Virus record (IMG/VR): IMGVR_UViG_3300038317_000149
Span: 1-31,915 of that record
Strand: one strand, 5' to 3'
DNA length: 31,915 nt
Origin: a virus
Taxonomy: Duplodnaviria; Caudoviricetes
Positions 8,933 to 17,343 of the stretch are shown here, piece by piece. The position numbers and the translations under genes are program-made. Position 1 is the stretch's first letter, and each line of letters opens with the position of its first letter. Below the pieces are notes generated by a model, which was not told where the DNA came from, searched no databases, and saw only the letters and a list, made by a program, of their open reading frames with translations.

Positions 8933-9667
8933 ATGAGTACAACTAAAATAGAATGGACAAACAAAACGTGGAACCCGATTACTGGTTGCACTAAAATATT
9001 TGCAGGCTGTAAAAATTGCTATGCAGAAACTATGAGTAACAGGCTACAATCAATGGGCGTAGAAAAATATAAGAATGGATTTAATTTAACTTTTCACAAA
9101 CAAGTTTTGGACGAGCCTTTGAAGTGGAAAAAACCTTGTAATATATTCGTATGTTCTATGAGCGACCTGTTCCATGAAGACATACCTTATGATATTATTT
9201 CTGAAATAGTATATGTTATGGAAAAAACTCCACAACACACCTATCAAATTCTTACCAAAAGACCAGAAAGAATGCGTTTCTTTTTTTACTATGTTAGATC
9301 TATACCTGAAAACGTTTGGGTAGGCGTTAGTGTTGAGAATAAGAAAGCTACAGAAAGGATGCAAGAATTAAAAAGAATAATCACACCTGTTCGTTTTCTT
9401 TCATGTGAGCCATTGTTAGAGGACTTGGGTAAATTAGACCTAAATCTTATTGATTGGGTAATAGTTGGTGGCGAGAGTGGTGCTAATGCAAGACCTATGC
9501 GAGAAGACTGGGTATTGTCTATAAAAGAACAATGCGAAGCAGAGGGAGTAGCTTTCTTTTTTAAACAATGGGGAACGTGGGGCAGTGATGGCGTAAAGAG
9601 AAACAAACAAACTAACGGAAATTTATTACAGGGAAAAGTTTACCAAGAAATGCCAAAAGCAAAATAA
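8933..9667 (+). CDS. DUF5131 (phage Gp37/Gp68) radical-SAM-like protein
   Basis: IEWT..TWNPITGCTKIFAGCKNCYA, FVCSMSDLFH, ILTKRP, FLSCEPLL, WVIVGGESG, FFFKQWG. Confidence 0.92.
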   Translation: MSTTKIEWTNKTWNPITGCTKIFAGCKNCYAETMSNRLQSMGVEKYKNGFNLTFHKQVLDEPLKWKKPCNIFVCSMSDLFHEDIPYDIISEIVYVMEKTPQHTYQILTKRPERMRFFFYYVRSIPENVWVGVSVENKKATERMQELKRIITPVRFLSCEPLLEDLGKLDLNLIDWVIVGGESGANARPMREDWVLSIKEQCEAEGVAFFFKQWGTWGSDGVKRNKQTNGNLLQGKVYQEMPKAK

Positions 9668-9669
9668 CA

Positions 9670-9948
9670 ATGAAAACAATTTTAGAATCCGCACAAGAAT
9701 ACGCCACCGAGCATTTTAAAGAAAAACTGCCATTAGATGCTGAAAAGAGCTTTATAGATGGATTTTTAGCAGGTGCAAATTTTGCCCAAGAATGGATTTC
9801 TGTAAAAGATGAACTGCCCGAACACGGAAAAACGGTGCTTATTATGTGCGACAACAAATATATTGGTTTGGGCTGCATTAGATATGGCAAATGGGATTAT
9901 AAATATGCAAGCTCAATTACGCACTGGCGATCAATAACTAAATATTAA
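9670..9948 (+). CDS. DUF551-domain protein
   Basis: WISVKDELPE...VLI...ITHWR motif. Confidence 0.8.
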   Translation: MKTILESAQEYATEHFKEKLPLDAEKSFIDGFLAGANFAQEWISVKDELPEHGKTVLIMCDNKYIGLGCIRYGKWDYKYASSITHWRSITKY

Positions 9949-9952
9949 AATT

Positions 9953-10321
9953 ATGATACTTTCATTTAAAAAAGAATTTAAGCAACCTATTTTAGATGGA
10001 ACTAAAATCCATTCTATTAGAGAAGATAGGTATAATCGTTGGAAAGAAGGCATGATTATTCACATGGCAACAGGATTGCGAACCAAAGATTACAAACAAT
10101 TTCACGAGGGTATTTGCAAATCTATTCAACAAATTGAAATTATAAGAGTTTCTGACTATTGGAACGAAACTATAGTAAGAGTAGATGGGCGACAATTAGA
10201 CTTGACCGAAATTCAAAAATTAGCATGGAATGATGGTTTTACTAACCTTATTCACTTTTGGATGTGGTTCAACAGAGGATTTGTTGGAAAAATAATACAT
10301 TGGACTGACTTTAAGTATTAA
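9953..10321 (+). CDS. ASCH/PUA-like domain protein
   Basis: LSFKKEF..PILDGTKIHSIR...LAWNDGF...IHW. Confidence 0.7.
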   Translation: MILSFKKEFKQPILDGTKIHSIREDRYNRWKEGMIIHMATGLRTKDYKQFHEGICKSIQQIEIIRVSDYWNETIVRVDGRQLDLTEIQKLAWNDGFTNLIHFWMWFNRGFVGKIIHWTDFKY

Positions 10322-10371
10322 AATCTAAGAGACAAAGTCTTTTAAAGCTGCAACAAAAATCAACGAATACT

Positions 10372-10398
10372 AAAAAACCCCTTAACTGGGGTTTTTTT
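10372..10398. terminator. Intrinsic terminator, potentially bidirectional
   Basis: AAAAAACCCC-TTAACT-GGGGTTTTTTT downstream of the rightward operon. Confidence 0.75.
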
Positions 10399-10415
10399 GT
10401 GGGGTTTGTTAATCT

Positions 10416-10445
10416 TTTGAATTTTCGCATTGTTTTGTATTTTTG
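10416..10445 (+). promoter_or_regulatory. Bacteroidetes sigma-A-type promoter of the moron at 10474
   Basis: TTTG (10416-10419), 18-nt spacer, TATTTTTG (10438-10445). Confidence 0.55.
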
Positions 10446-10473
10446 TAAAATAATTCATAAAACACATTACATT

Positions 10474-10881
10474 ATGTTTGATAGTAAAAAGAAAGATGAA
10501 ATGGTTGAATGGCTAGCAAACCAAATCAGCATCGATATTACTTTTTCATCTGCAGATATGGCACGCGAATTTGGTGTCCAAGATGTTGTTATTCGTTTAT
10601 TCCTGCAGCAACTTGCCCAAAAAGGATTAATAGAATATTCAGAAGCGGGTTCTGGGCGTGTATGCTGTTACCCTACTATGAATTTCTACGACTTTCATAG
10701 GCTTGGTGGCTTTACCGCCATTGAAGACGGTTTACTTAAAAACATTGAAAAACTTGAGCTTGAGCTTTAAAAATTGAAATCTCAATTTCCTGAAAAAGTG
10801 GAAACGCTTGCTAATGCAACAGTTATTTTGGGTGCAATTTCTGCTGCTGCGACAAAACTTTTCAGCCATCTCGTTGGATAG
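10474..10881 (+). pseudogene. Winged-helix-like moron protein interrupted by an in-frame TAA at 10768-10770
   Basis: MFDSKKKDE...GGFTAIEDGLLKNIEKLELEL*KLKSQFPEKVETLANATVILGAISAAATKLFSHLVG*. The frame stays open and protein-like for 36 codons after the stop. Confidence 0.55.
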
Positions 10882-11157
10882 TTTTTGATAGTCGTTTATA
10901 TAGTAAACGTTTTCGTGTTCTAAAAGTAGCTTATACAATAAGTTTACCGCACCCGCAACTCCATGTCGTGTTTTTTCAGACTTCCAGTTACATGATTCTG
11001 TTTCCGAAAAAACTAAATCAAATTCATTGTCGGCATTTTTTACATACACGTCCATTATGCGCATGTTGCGAGCGTTTACTGCATTACTTGTTTCCGCACT
11101 TTTGAAAGTTATAGTTATGCGGATTTCGTCCTGAAAGGTTTCTTTAAATTTTGTCAT
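10732..11157 (-). CDS. Hypothetical protein
   Basis: 141 aa with an A-rich leader. The C-terminus overlaps the convergent gene. Confidence 0.55.
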   Translation of the reverse strand: MTKFKETFQDEIRITITFKSAETSNAVNARNMRIMDVYVKNADNEFDLVFSETESCNWKSEKTRHGVAGAVNLLYKLLLEHENVYYINDYQKLSNEMAEKFCRSSRNCTQNNCCISKRFHFFRKLRFQFLKLKLKFFNVFK

Positions 11158-11223
11158 ATTTATTAAATTTATTAATGGTGAATAATAGTTTTGTCGTTTG
11201 ATGAACGCTCATCATCATTGTTG

Positions 11224-11631
11224 TTATAAGCAAGTGCTACGTTCGTCTTTCAATTCAAGTTCCCGCCTTGTAATCGCAAAAAATAAATTCTGTAATTCGT
11301 TCACAGTTGTAATAAGAAATGAATAATGGTAAACTAAGCGACACATAAATTCGCCAGTGATTAAATTTCTATGAACATTGAAAATAATAGGACTTTGCCT
11401 AAGTGTGAACTCGTTTGGCTCTTCTTCAATGAAGCCGAATTTTGCCAACCATTCTTCTGTTAATATAATTTCTTCTAAGTCGAAGTATTTACCCCGTTCC
11501 CATTCGTGGATATAACCCTTTACTTTTAGTTTAAACCCAGCTTCAGTTTCTTCAATCATTTGTATTTGTCCGTGTCCAAACCATTCTTTAGACCTTACAT
11601 AATTTCCAATTCTAAAATTTTTTACTTCCAT
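11224..11631 (-). CDS. Hypothetical phage protein (YopX-like), cassette-shaped
   Basis: FRIGNYV...IILTEEWLAKFGF...VNELQNLFFAITRREL, a motif set I recognise from Bacteroidetes phage proteins. Confidence 0.75.
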   Translation of the reverse strand: MEVKNFRIGNYVRSKEWFGHGQIQMIEETEAGFKLKVKGYIHEWERGKYFDLEEIILTEEWLAKFGFIEEEPNEFTLRQSPIIFNVHRNLITGEFMCRLVYHYSFLITTVNELQNLFFAITRRELELKDERSTCL

Positions 11632-11906
11632 TTCTGTATAATTAAATTTCGTTTATAAAATCCGCACCAGCTTATAACATTGCATTTATGAAAGCGGGCG
11701 AAAATCACTAACACAAACGTTCGGGGTAAAGTAGGCCCGCCTACATAAATGCTTTTGACGTTATAAGAAACATCACAAACAACCGATAGAGCTTTGCCAA
11801 GCTCTTTCATAAAGCTTTCCGAAGATGTTTCTCTTTTTTTAATTTCATCTTGTAAAACCTCTTGCACAATCGGTGTAAGTAGTTTTTTTAATAGTTTTTT
11901 AATCAT
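11622..11906 (-). CDS. Hypothetical protein; the C-terminal half is translated through the attC-like hairpin
   Basis: Helical N-terminus MIKKLLKKLLTPIVQEVL with an A-rich leader. Confidence 0.45.
   Translation of the reverse strand: MIKKLLKKLLTPIVQEVLQDEIKKRETSSESFMKELGKALSVVCDVSYNVKSIYVGGPTLPRTFVLVIFARFHKCNVISWCGFYKRNLIIQKWK
11671..11767 (-). repeat. attC-like imperfect inverted repeat (97 bp)
   Basis: Plus strand: CTTATAAC-att-GCATTTATG-aaa-GCGGGC ... GCCCGC-cta-CATAAATGC-ttttgac-GTTATAAG. Confidence 0.65.
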
Positions 11907-11940
11907 AATTATAAGTTTTTTTAAAAATTGTTTAAATAAA

Positions 11941-11972
11941 TTTGGTTTTTAATAAAATATGTTGTATATTTG
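11941..11972 (+). promoter_or_regulatory. Consensus Bacteroidetes promoter with no ORF downstream
   Basis: TTTG (11941-11944), 20-nt spacer, TATATTTG (11965-11972). Confidence 0.75.
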
Positions 11973-11976
11973 TAGT

Positions 11977-12044
11977 TGAATAGTTGTTTAATCTGAGAGT
12001 GCGGGTTAGAGTTCCACAAGGCAGGATTAAGCAACTATTTTTTT
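11977..12044 (+). ncRNA. Putative ~65-nt hairpin small RNA with a T-loop-like apex, convergent on muF
   Basis: 16-bp stem (11979-11994 with 12024-12039) containing two G-U pairs, an apical arm with loop TTAGAGT, and a T7 run at 12038-12044, directly behind a consensus promoter. Confidence 0.6.
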
Positions 12045-13177
12045 ATTCCTATCAACACCTTGTCGCTTTGTGAAATACTATAAAAAATTATCGCACCATC
12101 ATCTTCTTTGTTTGCAATTAAATAATTAGTTTTTTCCTTTATTTGTGTTTTAAAAATTAGCGATTTTCTTCCCTTATATTCTGTTCGCCCCATATATTTA
12201 GCATTTTTCAAAATTTGAGGCATATGTCTAATCAGTTCGTTTTTTAGCTCATAGTCGTCATGTGGTTGGTTTAAATATTCTTTTGTTCTATTATATGAAA
12301 ACCTTATTTCGCCCTCTATCTCAGGATGTTTTACAGAAGTTCCTATTAGGTGATTTTTTGCCCATTCAAAATGATTGCTTCTCACGCAACCAAGCACAAG
12401 TTTATCTGTTTCTTTTCCTGCGTTTTTCACGTAGCTCGCATCATCTGTAAAAATAATCTTATCTTTTGCAGGATTTCCACCTAAGCCATTATGTGGTTTT
12501 ACATACGCCACTTCGCCAGTAAACGCAGGTTCGTCAGTTTCTTCCCAGTCGCATTTGCAGTTCCACAGGTTTCCAGGATAGTTAGAGTTCCAAAACGGAT
12601 CGTTCTTAGGTAGAACCAATCCATAAAACAAGCGATGTTCTTCGCGTGGATCGGCAGAGCTTGAAGGCAACCATTTTAGGTTTGGGTACATCTGATTTTT
12701 TAAATCATCTTCAGTAAACTCTACCCATTGTAAAGCGGTTCTGCTTCGTGCAACAGCAGTGTTATATTCTGCTACCTGGTAACGATTATATCGGTTAATA
12801 ATCTGCTTGGCTTTGGTCTCATAATCATCAGAATCAACATATTCTAAAATCTCTTGAGTTGCTTGATGTGCTTTATAAGCTGCAAAACGGCTTACATTAG
12901 CTTGCATTTCTTGCTGCATTTCCCAAAATTTGTCGCCATAATTGTCTGAATCTAAAACACCGCCCACAGCTTTACGCAAATTCTCACTATAGGATTTGTA
13001 CAGGTCGGGATTTATGGCACGTCTATTGTTCTTCAGGTCGGCAATAATTTGCTTCTCCGAATTTCGCGACACATAATTATATATAATAGGAAAAGTCCTA
13101 AGAGCCTGTATAAAATTGTGCGAATTGCTTCCGTAGTATAAATCGTCGAGATTTTCGCGTTCGGGAGCTCGACTCAC
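12035..13177 (-). CDS. MuF minor head protein with C-terminal putative BECR-fold (LPD3/PBECR-like) nuclease extension
   Basis: MuF motifs AEYNTA, PNLKW, REEH..FYG...DPFW...PGNLWNCKC, GNPA, then ~115 extra aa (EYLNQPH...ELKNELI...ILKNAKY...IFYSIS). Confidence 0.85.
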   Translation of the reverse strand: MSRAPERENLDDLYYGSNSHNFIQALRTFPIIYNYVSRNSEKQIIADLKNNRRAINPDLYKSYSENLRKAVGGVLDSDNYGDKFWEMQQEMQANVSRFAAYKAHQATQEILEYVDSDDYETKAKQIINRYNRYQVAEYNTAVARSRTALQWVEFTEDDLKNQMYPNLKWLPSSSADPREEHRLFYGLVLPKNDPFWNSNYPGNLWNCKCDWEETDEPAFTGEVAYVKPHNGLGGNPAKDKIIFTDDASYVKNAGKETDKLVLGCVRSNHFEWAKNHLIGTSVKHPEIEGEIRFSYNRTKEYLNQPHDDYELKNELIRHMPQILKNAKYMGRTEYKGRKSLIFKTQIKEKTNYLIANKEDDGAIIFYSISQSDKVLIGIKK

Positions 13178-14496
13178 CCTTTTGCGAAAAAACGATTTAC
13201 TAACCTTGAAATTAAACTTGGCGTTTTCTTATTTTCGACACTTGGTCTATTTGGTTTTGGTTCTGGAGCAATAGGTTCTGATGTTGCAAAGCCATAAGGC
13301 ATTAAAGCTGCCATTTTTTCGAGCTTCATTTCTTCCTTCAGCTCGTCATAATTTTCAGGCTTTGGTACATCAAATTCTTCGTAAATATAATCATCGTCAA
13401 TTGGAACCTTCTCCATCATGCTCGAAATTACATTCCATTTTTCTTGCAAAGCCGACCAGTCTTTGTCAGGAGTTTCAAACCAAATGAAACCGCCAGCAAC
13501 ATCGAATCCAAATTTCTTCAGTATCGAGCGGAACTGGGTGTTAAGAATCGAAAGAATAAATAATTCATCACTCAGCTTTTTCTCTTTTTCTTCGCTTTGA
13601 TGAACTTCGCCTAACGCCCTGTTGCCATTCTCCGAATGGTCGGTTGTTAAAGTATTGCCCACAACAGTCTTGGCAATAGCCGCATCGCAAACCTCTATAA
13701 ACCTATCATACACATCAGAGCTTGCAGTAGAACCACCAGTGTCGTGCAGTTTTACTTCAACGCTTTTTGGGTGAACAAACGACATTCCCGCACCCCAATT
13801 TTGCAACATTTCTTCAACTTTTGTGCGAGTGTCTTCATCAAAAGCATCATACAGAGCTTCGCGGAATGGCATTCCAAACATTTCTGAAAATTGAGCCCAG
13901 TCGCCCATTGCGCCACGCTTATATAGTATATATGGAGCAACTTTAAAGAAAAGTCCTTTATCTTTCGGCTTTCCTGCCCAAATCATATAATTAGATAGCG
14001 GAGCTTCTTTATACTTAAAATCTATATCAGCTTTGTTTGGATCAATGCTCACACACTCAAAATTCATTTCTGGGTGAACATTGGCTCGCGGAATTAAGTC
14101 GTATTCAATATGATAATATTCCTGGTCTTCATCAAAAATAATGTTGTTGATTTGAACCAATGTGTAACCATAACCAATTGTATTGTGCAGGTCTTCCAGC
14201 AAATTACGCATATCAGGCGAATTAAGTAACTGATTAATTTGGTCATCTTTTACGCCGTCTTTAACAAAGTTAAGTCTGCGATTTAAAATATTGTCTCTGC
14301 GCTTACCCCACACTGCCTCAAGCTGTCCGTCAATCAATATGTCTTCGTAAAGCTCATATAATTTTACCCTGTTGGGGTTATCTTGATTTTCAAACGCTCG
14401 TCTTGCCAACTTCCATTCATTAATGGTCTTCATGCTACTGTTGGCTTTAATTTCTTTTACAAGAACCGCCAAACTTTCTGTTTTCTTTTCTGCCAT
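13174..14496 (-). CDS. Portal protein (DUF935, Mu gp29-like)
   Basis: LYELYEDILID, WAQFSEMFGMP, IAKTVVGNTLTT, ALGEVH motifs. Confidence 0.9.
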   Translation of the reverse strand: MAEKKTESLAVLVKEIKANSSMKTINEWKLARRAFENQDNPNRVKLYELYEDILIDGQLEAVWGKRRDNILNRRLNFVKDGVKDDQINQLLNSPDMRNLLEDLHNTIGYGYTLVQINNIIFDEDQEYYHIEYDLIPRANVHPEMNFECVSIDPNKADIDFKYKEAPLSNYMIWAGKPKDKGLFFKVAPYILYKRGAMGDWAQFSEMFGMPFREALYDAFDEDTRTKVEEMLQNWGAGMSFVHPKSVEVKLHDTGGSTASSDVYDRFIEVCDAAIAKTVVGNTLTTDHSENGNRALGEVHQSEEKEKKLSDELFILSILNTQFRSILKKFGFDVAGGFIWFETPDKDWSALQEKWNVISSMMEKVPIDDDYIYEEFDVPKPENYDELKEEMKLEKMAALMPYGFATSEPIAPEPKPNRPSVENKKTPSLISRLVNRFFAKG

Positions 14497-14517
14497 TTCT
14501 AACTCAATTTTTAAATA

Positions 14518-14946
14518 TTAGTAATGATGGTCTCTTTTTGGATTGCTCGAATATGAGACGAAATTACTGTCCACAGTTCCATCCTCGTTAGTGTTTAGTC
14601 TTTTAAGCCCAGCAATATTAGCTTTCTCAGCTTGCACATCACGCAAAAAGCGAATTGTGTCATCATAAGCCTTAACTCTTATTTCAGGCATATTGATAGG
14701 CGCAGAAATGGAATAAGCGTTATACAGAGCCACATCACGCACTATCTTTACTACCATTGGCACACGTGTTTCATCATCAAACTCTTTTGCAAACTCCTCA
14801 GCAATATTATAGCGTGCCGACAGGTAGCTCTCAACTTCTGCCATTGCATCTATTATTGCTTGCTCTATGTTTTCGTCAGATCGAGCAACAACATTAAGAA
14901 CTTCGCCTCTGGTTCCCCTTGTCAGGTCATCAACATTTAAGTACAT
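14518..14946 (-). CDS. Head-tail adaptor (Mu gp36/DUF1320-like)
   Basis: AIIDAMAEVESYLSARY...DVALY...YDDTIRFLRDV. Confidence 0.85.
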   Translation of the reverse strand: MYLNVDDLTRGTRGEVLNVVARSDENIEQAIIDAMAEVESYLSARYNIAEEFAKEFDDETRVPMVVKIVRDVALYNAYSISAPINMPEIRVKAYDDTIRFLRDVQAEKANIAGLKRLNTNEDGTVDSNFVSYSSNPKRDHHY

Positions 14947-14951
14947 AATAT

Positions 14952-15113
14952 TTATTTCTGTGATTTTTTAGTATGTTTTACAAAATCTGCAAACTGTTTT
15001 TTTTCTCGAGTTCTCGAATAGTTTAAACTTGTTGATTTTTGAGGTCTGCGATCATAACTCAATCCAGCTCTTTTTTTCGAGTTGTTGGAATTTAATTCAT
15101 TAATATTAGTCAT
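14952..15113 (-). CDS. Small basic hypothetical protein (53 aa, not in the ORF track)
   Basis: MTNINELNSNNSKKRAGLSYDRRPQK...KHTKKSQK; fills the gap between terL and gp36. Confidence 0.35.
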   Translation of the reverse strand: MTNINELNSNNSKKRAGLSYDRRPQKSTSLNYSRTREKKQFADFVKHTKKSQK

Positions 15114-15146
15114 AATTATATAATTTAAACGCCATTTACAGGCTGG

Positions 15147-16694
15147 TTAATAACGATATGAATTTTTTCTTATCCCTGATACAGACATTGAATTTGTAGC
15201 AACAGTTTCTATTCTTCTTTGTATCCACCACACTCCGCCCTCAACAGCATCGGGGCCGTCAGCAGGTGCTTTTAGTTGTGGAGTTAACAACATAAACTGT
15301 TCTTCTAACTTTTTAAAGTGCGAGTTTTCTTTTTTATCTGCATTAAGAACCAATCTGCCTTGAGTATTGAGCGGTTCTAAATTGCCCTCAATTCTGCTAA
15401 ATTTTTCAGGTTTTTTCCTATCATCAGGGACAAGGTTTATAAATTTACCTTGCTTTGCCATTTCTGCAACTAACGGTAAAATTACCTGTGTATAAAATGG
15501 ATCTTGCAAGCTATTGTTTTCAATCAAAGAATAAAGTTGCACACCATCTGGAACTTGTTGGGACAAATCGTAGTACCATTGCACAAATTCAGAATTAGTT
15601 GCTCGTGCAAGTCTGCCGTCTAATACGTAAAACGTGCCTTTTAGTACACCTATTAAGAATAAGGCTTTTAATGAGTTTGCAGCCCATTTGTTGTTAGATG
15701 GCGAAGGATCTCCATATAGAACCAGGAATTGAAATCGTGAAAGTGGCGGAGTTTTTGCCCAGTTCATTTCGGCAAATACTTGTCCTTCAACTATTGGATT
15801 ATTCATATATTCCTTTTGGAAAGCACGATAGCCTAATTTTTCACGCTCCTGTATTCTTTCTTCAGTCCAGTACTCGGGCCAAGAGGGGAGACCGTTTTCG
15901 TTCCTTACATTAACTCTGCTAACTTTGGCACCTTCTAATTTTGCTATATTAGCTAATACAGAGTTTTGCGAGATTAAGTTCCCTACCATAACTAAACGTC
16001 CCCCCTCGGCACCAAAAGTACCATAAAGAGCCTCTTTTACCCAGTCGGTTGTTTTTGCAACCCTTTGCTCATTTTGGCAAAGTTCATCATCATCTAAGTC
16101 GTCTATAACAATGTAATCTGGACGCTTATCGCGGTATCTTAAACCACGAGGCGATTGTCCTCGTCCTCGTGCAAAGAATGCTGTTCCGTCTAAAGTTACA
16201 AACTTCCCAGTTTCCCAACTTCCTGCATTATGTTGCTTTCCAAAATCGGCAATGTATCTTTGATTATATTGTAATTCTGCTTGTATGTCAGACAATAGAG
16301 TGTAAGCATTGTCTTCGCTTTTGCCCACTAAAACAAAAACGTGTATGTCTTTTTCTTCTTGGCATTTGAGCCATAAAGGTGTAAATACATTTGTATGTGT
16401 TGATTTAGCATGTCCACGTGCCCATATTCTTACGAATATGCCTTGCTTATTATTTTTAATCTCATTAGCAGCTCTTATGTGAAATTTGGCTGATGGAATT
16501 GTTTTGCCAGTAACCCTGTCTTTAGTCCAGTGCGGAAAATAATATTCAACAAACTTGCGGTAATCTTTTCGCAAAATAACAATTCTCTTTGCTTTTTCTT
16601 CGGGAGTTTCAGGATTGACAAAGGTAAAATTACTAACCTCTAAACAGTGTTTATTCCACCTTTCTCTTGCAGCTTTTAATTCACTAATTGTCAT
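15147..16694 (-). CDS. terL: Terminase large subunit
   Basis: Walker A ARGHAKST, Walker B YIVIDD, nuclease motifs YGDPS and DGPDA. Confidence 0.92.
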   Translation of the reverse strand: MTISELKAARERWNKHCLEVSNFTFVNPETPEEKAKRIVILRKDYRKFVEYYFPHWTKDRVTGKTIPSAKFHIRAANEIKNNKQGIFVRIWARGHAKSTHTNVFTPLWLKCQEEKDIHVFVLVGKSEDNAYTLLSDIQAELQYNQRYIADFGKQHNAGSWETGKFVTLDGTAFFARGRGQSPRGLRYRDKRPDYIVIDDLDDDELCQNEQRVAKTTDWVKEALYGTFGAEGGRLVMVGNLISQNSVLANIAKLEGAKVSRVNVRNENGLPSWPEYWTEERIQEREKLGYRAFQKEYMNNPIVEGQVFAEMNWAKTPPLSRFQFLVLYGDPSPSNNKWAANSLKALFLIGVLKGTFYVLDGRLARATNSEFVQWYYDLSQQVPDGVQLYSLIENNSLQDPFYTQVILPLVAEMAKQGKFINLVPDDRKKPEKFSRIEGNLEPLNTQGRLVLNADKKENSHFKKLEEQFMLLTPQLKAPADGPDAVEGGVWWIQRRIETVATNSMSVSGIRKNSYRY

Positions 16695-16698
16695 ACCC

Positions 16699-17175
16699 TT
16701 AGTTTTTGTGGCTCATGCGTTCATTAATATATATATCTTGGAACTTGTTTATGGTTTTTACCAATTCTGAAGACAGGTTTTTGTCAAAGCTAATACGTGA
16801 TTGTAGCCAGCGATTGAAGTTCATGAAAGTGTCAATTTCATTAACTACATTAGTTTTTTTATCTAAACGCTCAATAGAAGCCGCAAGTTTGCTAATTTGG
16901 TCTGCAATTTTGGCGGATTCGGCAGCTGGATCATCGCTTGAATTAACTCTATCTAGCAAATTAGCAATAAGTTCAAGGTTTTTATTAATCAATTCTGTGC
17001 GAGTAACACGCTTGCCAGCACGTAGAGTGTTCCATTTTTCTTGATTAGTCCAACGACTAATAGTTACTTCTGAAACACCAACTTTTGAAGCTATTTCTTT
17101 TTGCGACATACCTTGCAAAAAGTATATTTTAGCTCTCTCTTTTTTTTCTTCTATTTCTCTTTTTTTCAGTGCCAT
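16699..17175 (-). CDS. Terminase small subunit-like HTH protein (DUF1804-like)
   Basis: AKIYFLQGMSQKEIASKVGVSEVTISRW, upstream of terL. ATG at 17175 is the preferred start. Confidence 0.8.
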   Translation of the reverse strand: MALKKREIEEKKERAKIYFLQGMSQKEIASKVGVSEVTISRWTNQEKWNTLRAGKRVTRTELINKNLELIANLLDRVNSSDDPAAESAKIADQISKLAASIERLDKKTNVVNEIDTFMNFNRWLQSRISFDKNLSSELVKTINKFQDIYINERMSHKN

Positions 17176-17343
17176 TTTCCAAGATATATTGAATTTTGCT
17201 CCACAAAATTCAATACTAAATGGGCTTTTTGCAAAAAAACTACCAACACATGCAAACAATGTTCCAAGCCTTAGAATTTTGCTTGAAAAGTATTTTTTGC
17301 CACTTTATTTTTGTAATTGAATTTTAAATTTTGTTGAAAAAAC

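Noticed and set aside
10768-10770. Stop-codon reassignment in the phage
   Set aside because: Single case only. TAA, TAG and TGA all end other genes normally.
7879-12034. Site-specific invertible segment that would restore the F-G gene order
   Set aside because: No inverted repeats found at either boundary, no invertase, and gpG is tightly coupled to the upstream gene.
11977-12044. tRNA gene, or simple terminator of muF
   Set aside because: No cloverleaf, anticodon arm or acceptor end. The U-tail and G-U pairs are on the strand opposite muF.
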